This document shows, one piece after another, positions 27,387 through 37,086 of a DNA stretch of 64,000 nt (its first letter is position 1; each line of letters starts with the position of its first letter). The translations under genes and the position numbers were made by a program. This DNA is from an uncultured Holophagales bacterium (GTDB taxonomy: Bacteria; Acidobacteriota; Thermoanaerobaculia; Multivoradales; UBA5704). The notes beneath the pieces were generated by a model that searched no databases, was not told the origin of the DNA, and worked only from the letters and a program-made list of their open reading frames with translations. The stretch lies in contig CAWJGT010000025.1 in the NCBI GenBank assembly GCA_963842525.1, positions 384,001-448,000 on the forward strand, in the 5' to 3' direction.

Positions 27387-27487
27387 CCGCTCCTCCTTCC
27401 GGGAGGAGTATACGGAGAAGGACGCGGAGGAGGTGAAAAGGGGGTCAAGAGGTGCGGCCCGGTACCGCCGGGCCGCACCAGGGAGGA

Positions 27488-27931
27488 TCAGGATACGGTC
27501 GCGCTCCGGCCTCGGGGACGCCCGCCGCTGCCGCCGCGGCGAATGCCGTTCACCAGGTCGAGGAGGGCGGCGATGATGGCTGCCACCATGGCCGCGTCGC
27601 AGTTGCCGGCGAGCACCGCGATCACGGCGGCCAGATCGAAGGCCGTGGCGGCCGCAGCCAGGAGCTGCGAAGGAGTCGGAGGCGTATAGGGGATGGGATC
27701 TTTAGCATAAACGTGTACGTTGCTGAACCACAGCTCGATCTGGAGGACGTCCACGAGCCCGAACAGGAAAGCGATTGCCGCGAGGATCGCGCCGATGTCG
27801 CAGGCGTTGAACAGCATGGCGAGGAACGCAGCCACACCGAACCCCCCAGACATCATCGCCATCCTCGCACCCGGTGGTGGCGGCTCCCACGTGCCGGGTT
27901 GGGTTCTTTGGGGACCTGAAGGATTGCTCAT
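27488..27931 (-). CDS. Hypothetical small membrane protein with internal duplication
   Basis: Two hydrophobic halves each with NxCD/NCD..(A)..AAI...L..L. Confidence 0.55.
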   Translation of the reverse strand: MSNPSGPQRTQPGTWEPPPPGARMAMMSGGFGVAAFLAMLFNACDIGAILAAIAFLFGLVDVLQIELWFSNVHVYAKDPIPYTPPTPSQLLAAAATAFDLAAVIAVLAGNCDAAMVAAIIAALLDLVNGIRRGGSGGRPRGRSATVS

Positions 27932-28019
27932 GGCTTCTCTCCCTTCTCTGGATCGAATGACATCGGACAATTTGAAAAGTACGCCACCACTGGCGTAGGA
28001 AGGTACTCGAATGTTACGC

Positions 28020-31000
28020 CTACTGGGGCCGGCCGATCAGGATGACGGGCGCCCAGTGGTACGGATGATCCAAACCCTTGCGGATCAGCTCGAGCTTGGC
28101 GAGCCGCAGCGCCTCGGCCGTATCCTCTGTCTCGTTGAGATGACGATAGAAGCTTACCATCAGCTCGGCGGTCGAGGTGTCCGAGACCTGCCAGAGACTC
28201 ACCACCACGCTGGCTGCCCCGGCGTAGAGGAACGCTCGGGTCATGCCGATCAGCCCTTCTCCCATCACGGCGTTGCCGAGGGCGGTATCGCAAGCCGAGA
28301 GGACGACCAGGTCTGCATCGAGCTCCAGGTTGAAGATCTCATAGACCTGAAGGAGGCCATCTTCCCCACGGAGGTCGCCCTCGCGCGCCAGGATCAGGCC
28401 GGAGCGCGCCGGCTGCCGCGGATCGAGGAACCCATGGACGGCGAAGTGGATGCGGCGCGCGGACTTCAGCGAAGGGCTGTTCTTGACTCTGTCCTCCGAG
28501 GCATCCGCGCCGAGGTGGACCTCGGACAGCTCCGGACTGTAGAGGGCTGCGATGTCGAGCACTTCCTGGCGCGAGGCGGCAAGGCGACGCGGCCGGGACA
28601 GGCCGGCCGTCTGGAAGAAGCGCTCCACAGACCCGGCAGGGAGCTCAGGAGCGTCGGAGGCCGGCGGGGCCCCTGCGTCTCCGTACTCGGGGTCCCCGAA
28701 TCCCAGGAAGGCCTTGCCCGCCACCGGCTCGGCGGCCTGCTGGTTTGACCGGGCAAGCTCGGCGAGCACGCTGGCCGACGGGGCGTAGGTCACCGAGCGC
28801 TCGCGGATCAGATAGGGCAGATCGCCATAGAGCGATCCCGCCCCTCCGGGATTCGGAGACGCGGTCAGCAGAGCCTCGAAGCTGAGCAGAAGCAGCGGAC
28901 CATCGGGCGAGACGATCAGGTGGGGCTTGTCTCGGAGTGAGCCCAACGCGGGGGCGACGAGAATCTGGTAGAGGCGCTGGGCGGCGTCGACGTAGCGGGC
29001 GTACAACAGGCGGCTGGGTTCGTGGATGGCCTGGCGGAAGGAGTCGACCAGCTTTGCCAGCTCGGCTGCAGGCGGCAGGGGATAGCCCCGGAGGCCGTCC
29101 CTGGTCACGACAAAGAGATACGAAATCTCCTCGCCGACGGAGTATTCCAGAAGCGCTGTCCGCGGATCGAGGAGCTCCTGAATCTGCCCGACCTGCAGAG
29201 GGATGGGGTCGCGCACCGCAGCGTAGTGCGGGTGCTCCCTGCGGATCTGTCCTTCGAGGCGCTCTCGGTCCTCCTCTGCCTGGGCGAGCTCGGCCTCGAG
29301 ACGAGCGCCCCCCAGAGCACCTCGACCCCCTCCTGCGAGCTCGTCGAGGACCTGGCTCTGCAGAAAGGCGATGCGGGCGGCGATCTCCGATTCCTTCTGC
29401 TTCAGGGCCGGCGCAATGCCCTGCTTGACGTCGACGCGGCCCTCGGCAAGCAGGTCGAGCAGGCCGCGCGCCCGGGCGCTCTCGCTGGCCCCGAGTGCCG
29501 CGGCAACATGCCCTCCGTCGGGATCGTGCCCGGCAAGGCGCATCAGGAGGTCGACGTAGAGGCTCGTAGTACTCGCGCCGCGAGGCGAAAAAGGAGACGC
29601 GCAGCCGGTTGACGGCGATGTTGGGGCGCACCGTCTCGATGATGTGCAACGCGCTCTTGATCGTCGCTGTTGCGGCTTTCAGGTCGCCGCGGTCTCGCTC
29701 CAGCCGCGCCAGCGCCGACAGGGAGAAGGCCTCGGCCAGGGGTGCCTTTCTCTGGCGGCTCAGGTCCAAGGCTTGTCGAAAGAACCGCTCGGCCTGCTCG
29801 TCGTCGGAGAGCGCTCCCCAGGCGCGCCCCAGACCCATGAGGACGTTGATCTGCCCCAGTGCGTTCTCCTTCTCCTCAAAGATCGCCTTCGCCTCTTCGA
29901 GCTTCCCGCAGGGCCTGGCGGGGATCGCCGAGATCAAGGTGGGCCCGCCCCATGCCCCAGAGGGCCGCAGCCCGGCTCTGGAGGTCGTCTCCGGACCGGC
30001 TGATCTCGTACGCCTGGGTGTGGTATTCGAGAGCCTTGTGGAAATCGCCCTGCAGCTCGTACACCCCGCCGAGATCGCGCAATGCATAGGCCTTCCAACC
30101 GGAGCTCCCCAGAGTGGTGTAGATCTCGAGCGCCTGGGTGTAATAGCCGAGCGCCTTCTCTGAATCTCCCAGGTAGAGGGAAGCCGTGCCGAGGCTCGAC
30201 AGCGCTTTCCCCTCCTCAAACCGGTCACCGGTGGCGCGGTAGAGCTCGAGCGCCTGGCCGAAGAGCTCCAGCGCCTTCTGGAGCTCGCCTCGCCGCAACT
30301 CGAGAGCGGCCGTGTGCTTGAGCGCGCTGGCCTCGCTCGTCCTGTCGCCTGCGGCGCGGGCCAGCTCGAGGGCCTGGGTGAAATCGCGGAGCGCCGTCTC
30401 GGTGTCCCCCTGGTCGCGGTGAATGACACCGAGGGAGTCCAGGACCGAAGCCTCTCCCGACAGGTTGCCCGCCGCGCGGCACAAGCCCTGGGCGCGGTTG
30501 AGATAGCCCAGGGCCTCTGTGAATTCCTGCCGCTCGATGAGGACCACGGCCAGGTTCAGGAGAGCCGTGCCCAACTCGCTTTCGCTGCCGAGGGCCTCCC
30601 ACAGGCGCAGAGCTGCGCGGTAGGCTTCGGCCGCTTTCAGGGTTTCGCCTAACTGGCGATAGGCGAGCCCCAGACTGTGCAAGGACCAGGCTTCCCAGGT
30701 GCCGTTGCCAGCCTTGCGGGCAGTGGATAGAGCGAGCTCCAGAAGCGTCAGCCCGCCCTGAGCGTCACCCAATTCCCGATGCAGCTCTCCGAGCCCGAGC
30801 AGAGTCTCAGCTTCCTCAGCGAGATCGCCGATGGCGCGCCAGTGCGGCAGAGCCTCTTCCAGCAGAGCGAGCGCCTTCCTGCGGCTCTCTTCGGATTCCA
30901 GAGTCCTCAAATGCCTGGCTTCGTGGACTGTCGCCTCGGTGGCCACCCGCTCGCCGTCCTTCAGGTCGGCCGGTCGTACTTCCTCCAGCCGCACGGTATA

Positions 31001-31402
31001 CCGGCCTGCCGGCGCCTTCGGGTCGCGGGGCGTCACGACCAGCCGCAGCTCCCCGGCCGCCGTGGTCACCAGCGACAACCGTTCCGGCGCTGTCATCCTC
31101 CCCGGCCCGTCAACCTCGGCAAGGGTCTCGCCCGAGGGGCCGAGCAGCTTTGCAGCCACGTCGACGCTGTTCTGGTCGATCTTGAGCCGGAGATACCAAT
31201 CCGCCTCGACCGCGATCCGGTGCTCGTGGGTCTCTCCGCCGCCAAGCTGCCGTTCCACGGGCACGCCCGGGACCAGGTTCTGCAGGGCCGATCCAGCCGG
31301 TGGCGCTGTGGCACAGGACCAGCCGAAGATCAGAGCCGGCAGAAGGACAACGAGGTGGAGGACCGGGACGCGAGCGGTGGAGGGGGCAGGAAGGGACGTC
31401 AC
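28020..31402 (-). CDS. TPR + CHAT (caspase-like) domain protein, frameshifts near 29907 and 29562
   Basis: TPR array; IHFAVHG, LVVLSACDTALG, GEGLIG, SVVVSLW.V.D, HPYHWA. Confidence 0.88.
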
Positions 31403-31539
31403 GGCCGGCTTGCCTGCTGAACGAAGATCATCTTACCCCAAGCCGGGCTCACGATCATTCGTGCATGTCAGACCGGCTCTTCCATCCGCGAAGATCTATA
31501 AAAGGATAGGATAACTACGATGAAGGGATAGATGCTGCG

Positions 31540-32109
31540 ATGGCAACTGAAGACCAGGAGATGGCGGCCCGGTTCCTCCGGGGCGAGATGGACGCGGTGA
31601 AGACCGTGGACGGCTGGATCTCGCGCGCCGCCTGGCCCTACCAGCGCCGGCTCGGCGACCGCTGGGAAGACGTCCTCCAGGAGATCCGCCTGGAGATCAC
31701 GCGCCTCTTTGGCCAGGGGAAGTTCCGCGGTGATTCGAGCCTCCGCACCTACCTCTGGCGGGTCGTCAGCCATACCTGCCTGGACCAGATCCGGGCACAA
31801 AAGAAGTGGCAGTGGACCGACCTCGACGACTTCGAGGATCGGGGCAATGGCAGTACCGGTAGCACCCCACCCCAGACCACCCCCTCCGGGCATGAGGACC
31901 GCGACCTCCTGATGCGCGTCCTCGAACGGATGCCCCAGGACTGCCGGGAGCTCTGGCGCATGCTTGTGGCCGGCTTTTCCTACCGCGACATGAGCCTGCG
32001 CCTGGGCGTCGCGGAAGGGACTCTTCGCGTGCGCGTCCTGCGCTGCCGCGAGAAGGCCGTCGCCCTGCGCACCGAGCTTCCTGGCCGGCCCGGCGGCACC
32101 CCGCCGTAA
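31540..32109 (+). CDS. ECF RNA polymerase sigma factor
   Basis: EDVLQE, F.G.SSL.TYLWRV...CLD, G.SY..M..LGV..GT.R.R..RCR. Confidence 0.9.
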   Translation: MATEDQEMAARFLRGEMDAVKTVDGWISRAAWPYQRRLGDRWEDVLQEIRLEITRLFGQGKFRGDSSLRTYLWRVVSHTCLDQIRAQKKWQWTDLDDFEDRGNGSTGSTPPQTTPSGHEDRDLLMRVLERMPQDCRELWRMLVAGFSYRDMSLRLGVAEGTLRVRVLRCREKAVALRTELPGRPGGTPP

Positions 32110-32176
32110 CGCGGCGAGCCGTAATCGCGCCTAAACTGGGCGAGTGGTTTGCTTGTCTTCTGGAGGTGGGTGTCCA

Positions 32177-33202
32177 ATGAATTGCGCACGATCCATCGAG
32201 CTCTTACCCTGGCTCCTCAATGGGACCCTGGATCCCGACGAGCGCCAAGAGGTCCTGGAGCACCTGGGGGGATGTGAAAATTGCCGCCAGGCACTGGCCG
32301 ACACCCGGCTGGCCTGGCAGGTCTTCGACCAGCATCTCCCCTCCGAAGCCCTTGTCGCCCTTGCCTGGGATGAGATGTCGGCCAGTGTGGCCGGCGTCGA
32401 TCCCGCCCTGGCCGAGCTCCACCTGGCCACCTGTCCCGAATGTGCCGCCGAGCTCGAGCTGGCGCGCACCAGCCGGCGTCTCGAAGAGGACGACCGGATC
32501 GCCGTGCTGACCCCGAGGACACGCCCGTCCCCGCCGGCCGGCCGGACCTCCTTCACCGGCTGGCGCGCGGCAGCGCTGGCCGCCGGCCTAGCGGGGGTGG
32601 TGGCCTCCGCGGGCTGGCTCCAGACCGCACAGCGCGCCCGTTCCCTCGAAGACGAGCTGGCCCGCCGGCCGGCCGCGACCGCTGCGCCCGTGGAGCCCCG
32701 ACCGTCCGACCCAGCTCCGTCCAGCCCCACGACGGGTGGTGCCGCGGACCAGGTGGCCGCGCTGGAGAAGAGGCTCGGGGAGATGCGGCAGACGACGGCC
32801 GCGCTCCAGCAGCGGGAGAGCGAGCTGCGCAGTCAGTTGGCTCAGGGGGATCGCGGCGGTCCCCAGCTCAACACCTACGTGACGGACCTCTTTCCGCTCG
32901 CCGCCATCGTGCGCGGCGCAGAGGCCGAGGCGCCCAAGCTCCCGGCGCATCTTGATGCGACGCTGCTCCTGTCGCCGGATCCACAGAAAAAGCCCTATCC
33001 CGCCTACGATCTCGAGATCCTGGACGCGAGCGGGAAGGCCATGTGGTCCGTCCCGGGGCTCCGCCGCGACGAGAGGTCCGGAGGCTACAACGTCTCCCTC
33101 CCCAAGGGCTCCCTGCGGCCAGGCACCTACACGATCCAGGTCTACGGCCGGAGCGGAGCCGCACGCGAGCCGGCGGAGAGGTATCAGATCCGGGTGGAGT
33201 AG
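32177..33202 (+). CDS. Zinc-finger (zf-HC2) transmembrane anti-sigma factor
   Basis: Two HLxxCxxC motifs, TM helix, coiled coil, beta-rich C-terminus; follows the ECF gene. Confidence 0.85.
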   Translation: MNCARSIELLPWLLNGTLDPDERQEVLEHLGGCENCRQALADTRLAWQVFDQHLPSEALVALAWDEMSASVAGVDPALAELHLATCPECAAELELARTSRRLEEDDRIAVLTPRTRPSPPAGRTSFTGWRAAALAAGLAGVVASAGWLQTAQRARSLEDELARRPAATAAPVEPRPSDPAPSSPTTGGAADQVAALEKRLGEMRQTTAALQQRESELRSQLAQGDRGGPQLNTYVTDLFPLAAIVRGAEAEAPKLPAHLDATLLLSPDPQKKPYPAYDLEILDASGKAMWSVPGLRRDERSGGYNVSLPKGSLRPGTYTIQVYGRSGAAREPAERYQIRVE

Positions 33203-33990
33203 GCGCCGTGGATGCGCCGCGTCTCCGGGTCCTGGAGGAACGCGGCCACTCCCAGGTCGCTCACCTTCCACCGCTTGTCGAGCCCGAGGACGATCTCGCC
33301 GGAGCGCCGAGCTCCGGCCGTCCCGGGCAGGGTGAAGACCTTCTCCAGGCGCCGCACCACGTAGTCGTTGTGCAGCGTGCGGGAGGCGTTCTCCCCGGAG
33401 CCGACCGGCGTCACGAGCCCGGTCTGGAAGACGGCCACCCAGACGTCCAGGTCGCGCGGCGCGGCGGCCCGGGCGAGAGCGGCTCCGACCTTGACCCGCA
33501 GGTGCCCCTCGGGGCTCGGAGGCTCTACGGCCAGCGTCACCCGGCCGGCCGGCGGCGCGGCGAGCGCGTCGCCGATCCGCTTCAGGACCTCCCGCTCCTG
33601 CGAGCCCACGCAGTGGGTGGCGCCGCCGACCACGAGCTGCGGCGTATAGATGCGGTTGCTGCGGAAGGCCCTGGCATAGTCCTTCTGCCGCTGCGACCAG
33701 CGCGGCGAGGCGAACGGGTCCTGCCAGCCGATGTAGTCCCAGTAGTCGACGTGGAACGCCAGGGGGATCACCTTGCCGGCGAGCTTGGGATCGCGCGCCA
33801 GCCGCGACAGCAGCCGGTCGGCCGGCGGGCAGCTCGAGCACCCCTGGGACGTGAACAGCTCGACCATCATCGGGCTCTGTGAGCCGTCCGCGGCAGGCGT
33901 GGGGCCGTCTGAGGAGAAGCTCGGGAGGAAGAGCACCAGGGCCAGGACTGGGAGCAGGGCGGCGGGGAGGAGCATGGGGTGGAGCCTCAT
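33184..33990 (-). CDS. DUF1223 thioredoxin-like secreted protein
   Basis: VELFTSQGCSSCPPAD, HVDYWDYIGW.DPF, YTPQ. Confidence 0.93.
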   Translation of the reverse strand: MRLHPMLLPAALLPVLALVLFLPSFSSDGPTPAADGSQSPMMVELFTSQGCSSCPPADRLLSRLARDPKLAGKVIPLAFHVDYWDYIGWQDPFASPRWSQRQKDYARAFRSNRIYTPQLVVGGATHCVGSQEREVLKRIGDALAAPPAGRVTLAVEPPSPEGHLRVKVGAALARAAAPRDLDVWVAVFQTGLVTPVGSGENASRTLHNDYVVRRLEKVFTLPGTAGARRSGEIVLGLDKRWKVSDLGVAAFLQDPETRRIHGAYSTRI

Positions 33991-34003
33991 GCCCCATGGT
34001 ACG

Positions 34004-35932
34004 TCACTCGAAGGGCGGATAGTTTTCGAACCACTGCTTCGGGCGGAGGATCTTCCAGTCCCGCTTGTCTCCCGCGACCTCCAGGCCCACGTCGAGGTTG
34101 CCGTAGCTCGCGTAGAGGACGCCGCGCGTGTGCGCGTCCTCGATCCGCAGGCGGCCGAGCACCTGCGCCTTGCCCCCGGCGGCGATCGCCAGGTCGTCCA
34201 CCGCCACGAGCTGGTCGCCGACGACCACCCGCGCCGTGCCGCCGGCGCCTTTGAGGTTCAGCAGGTCGTCGACCCAGCCCAGCAGGCGGCTCTTCCCCTC
34301 GGGGGCGACCAGGGCGAAGAGCGGGCGCGGATTGCTCAACGTGGTCTCCACCTGCGCGCGCAGGAAGACCGGCTCGCCCGGCGTGATCACCGCGCGGTCG
34401 AGGTGCGCGCGCGCCCACCAGGGCGGCGGGAGCGGACCGGGGAGCGGGCTCGAGAGGAGCCGCACGTCCGTCAGCTCGAAGTCGGTCCCCGAGATGTCGA
34501 AGTCCTTGGCGTCCAGATCGGCCCGCAGGAGCCGGGTGTGGAGCCCCAGGTTCCCCCGCAGGCGCCGGCCGTTGAAGAGCGCGCCCACGCCGCGGGCGGT
34601 GAGGCGCATCTCCCCCGATCCCCGCCAGTCCGGAGCCGCGGCGGCGAAACGGGCGCTCATCCGGCCCGAGCCCGAGGTCAGCGCCATGCCGGACTTCTGC
34701 GGCAGATACGCGTTGTAGAACCGCAGATCGGCCACCTCCGCCTGCGGCATGTCGATGGCGAACCGCTTGGGCGTGAACCAGCTTCCCAGGCGCGGCGCCT
34801 CGCTGGCCGCCGTGATGCGCAGGCCCTTGCCGCGTACATGCGCCGTGCCGAAGCCGCGGCGCTCCAGGCGGAAGTCGTCGAAGGCGAGAGCCAGCCTTCC
34901 TTCGACGTCTTCGCCCGCGCTGCCCGCCCCGCCCGCAGACACCACCTCCCAGAGGGCCGCACCGATCCCCTGCACCCGGTAGTCGAGGAAGCCCACGGCG
35001 ATCCCGTTCGGACGCGCCTCCAGCCGGCTCCCCGCGAGGATCTGCCCGCGCTGGATCCGCAGGTTGGCGGCGAGCCGGCCCGGCCCGACCTCCAGATCCA
35101 CCCACCGGGTCTTCTGGAAGAGCAGGTCGAGAAAATCGAGGCTCTTCACCCGGCCGTCCACGTCCGCCCGCCCGCTGGCGAACCGGAAGACGTCCCAGCC
35201 CTTGAAGCGGACCGGTGAGAAGGTCGTGATCCGGCCGTCGATCCGGCCGCGCGCATCGAGGAGGACCGGGATCGCCTGCGGCCCGGCGCCGAGCGACAGC
35301 CCGCCGGCGGCCACCTCCAGCCGGGTCGGATCGACCTCCAGCCGCTCACGCACCGAGAGGTCGAACCCGCCGGCGACCCGGGCCCTGCCGGCGAAGCGGT
35401 ACTCCTCGATCCAGACCTCGCGGACCTCGTCGAGCTCCACCCCGCGGAAGCGGATGTGCCAGGGCCGGCGCCTGGGTCCCCGCGGATAGATCGCCTCGGG
35501 CTTGGGGTCGGGCGGGTTCGTGAGCCCGGGGATCGGCGGATAGAGGTCCGGCCGGCCCGGCCGGCTGCGCGGCGGCACGTCGAGCCGGCGGCGGAGGCGG
35601 AACGAGGTCCCGCTGCCGTGGAGCCCGGCGACCCGGAGCTCGCGGTCGCGCAGGCCCAGGAAATCCATCTCGATGGTGCCGCGGTCGACCGCCAGCCACC
35701 ATTGGAACGCCCGGCTCTGGCTCCGTACCTGGAACCCCCGGACGTGCACCACCCCGGGCCAGGCCGTCCAGGCGGACTCCCAGACCATCCTCATCCGCTC
35801 GGGCCGGCGGTTCATCAGCCGGTCGAGCCCGCCATGGCGGAGATACCAGTTCCCGCCGATCACGTAGATCGGATAGAGAGCCGCCACGCCCACAGAAAGG
35901 GCGAGCAGGAGCCTGAGGAGAAATCGCTTCAT
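34004..35932 (-). CDS. Hypothetical N-anchored beta-rich envelope protein (AsmA-like by composition only)
   Basis: MKRFLLRLLLAL anchor then beta-strand-like 640-aa ORF. Confidence 0.6.
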   Translation of the reverse strand: MKRFLLRLLLALSVGVAALYPIYVIGGNWYLRHGGLDRLMNRRPERMRMVWESAWTAWPGVVHVRGFQVRSQSRAFQWWLAVDRGTIEMDFLGLRDRELRVAGLHGSGTSFRLRRRLDVPPRSRPGRPDLYPPIPGLTNPPDPKPEAIYPRGPRRRPWHIRFRGVELDEVREVWIEEYRFAGRARVAGGFDLSVRERLEVDPTRLEVAAGGLSLGAGPQAIPVLLDARGRIDGRITTFSPVRFKGWDVFRFASGRADVDGRVKSLDFLDLLFQKTRWVDLEVGPGRLAANLRIQRGQILAGSRLEARPNGIAVGFLDYRVQGIGAALWEVVSAGGAGSAGEDVEGRLALAFDDFRLERRGFGTAHVRGKGLRITAASEAPRLGSWFTPKRFAIDMPQAEVADLRFYNAYLPQKSGMALTSGSGRMSARFAAAAPDWRGSGEMRLTARGVGALFNGRRLRGNLGLHTRLLRADLDAKDFDISGTDFELTDVRLLSSPLPGPLPPPWWARAHLDRAVITPGEPVFLRAQVETTLSNPRPLFALVAPEGKSRLLGWVDDLLNLKGAGGTARVVVGDQLVAVDDLAIAAGGKAQVLGRLRIEDAHTRGVLYASYGNLDVGLEVAGDKRDWKILRPKQWFENYPPFE

Positions 35933-36071
35933 AATAGATACCGAGCTGTTGGAGCTCGCGGACCTGCCCTTCAGCCTGCGAGACTCGTGCCGGGCATTCC
36001 CCGCCTGGTACCTCCCTTGCACCCCTGGTCTTTGAAGCCCGCAGGTCCGCGGGCATGGGTAGGAGGCTCCG

Positions 36072-36672
36072 ATGCGACACCGAGACCGAATCCTCTTCAT
36101 CTTCCTGCTACCGCTGGCGCTTGCCGCGCAGGACGAGCCCCGGCCCAATCCGCAGGCATCCGGTGGTGAGGACAAGAACCCTTATGCCGAGCGCTTCGAG
36201 CAGTTGGACCGCGACCGGGACGGCTACGTCTCGCGCGGCGAATGGCCGCTCGATGCTGCCAGCTTCGACCGTGTCGACCGGAACCGGGACGGGCGCCTGG
36301 GCCGGAACGAGCTCCCTGACGCCGAACGACCTCCCTGTCGACCCCGTGGCCGACGAGTTCCAGGGGCTGGACACCAACCGGGACGGCTGCCTGAGCTGGA
36401 GTGAGTGGCAGCGCGGCCTTAACGGCCCCGAGCGGCAGGGCCGCAACGTCGGCGGGCCCAGCACGCGCCGCGAGACTGGCATCGGAGTGCGGAACCGCGA
36501 GAACACCTGGAATCCCGGCGCCTCTCTCCAGGACCAACGCCGCTTCCAGCACCTCGACCGCAACCGCGACAACCGCCTGAGCCGCGTCGAATGGACCGGC
36601 TCGCGAGCCGCCTTCGACCGTCTCGATCGCAACCAGGACGGCGCCCTCAGCCCGAACGAGTGGCAGCGGTAA
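36072..36672 (+). CDS. Secreted EF-hand protein, frameshifted near 36315
   Basis: Repeated F..LD.N.DG.LS..EW loops across two frames; signal peptide. Confidence 0.8.
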
Positions 36673-36693
36673 GGGAGGCGTTCCGGCGTCCGG

Positions 36694-36836
36694 CGGTTCA
36701 CCGACCGGGTCGAGGAGAGCGGCATCACCTTCATTCACCAGATCGTGGACGACGCCGGGAAGACCTACAAGGCGGCCCACTACGACCATGGCAACGGCGT
36801 CGCCGCGACAACCATTATTGGGAGAACCAGGGCGGC
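36694..36836 (+). pseudogene. Remnant of a CRTAC1/ASPIC-UnbV-type gene
   Basis: RFTDRVEESGITFIHQIVDDAGKTYKAAHYDHGNGVAA then NHYWENQGG in another frame; no start codon. Confidence 0.5.
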
Positions 36837-36954
36837 CTGCGCCGCGAGCGGTGCCTGGCTCTCTACCAGAGCGGACAGCCCTGCCGGGCACCGGGAGGGC
36901 GGGGATGAGGCTGTTCGATGAAAGACTAGGCCCGCGCCGGCGATCCGGCGATCC

Positions 36955-37052
36955 CGCCCGGCGATGAATCGCCGGGCTAGGAACAGCGCCCCATGAATGG
37001 GGCTTGAAGCCGGGTTCACCCGGCGCTAGCCCGGGCATTCATGCCCGGGCGG
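36955..37052. repeat. REP-like hairpin pair
   Basis: GCCCGGCGAT-GA-ATCGCCGGGC and GCCCGGGCAT-TC-ATGCCCGGGC in opposite orientation. Confidence 0.6.
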
Positions 37053-37086
37053 GGCAGGGCGCCATATTCGTATCAAGGTCCAGACA

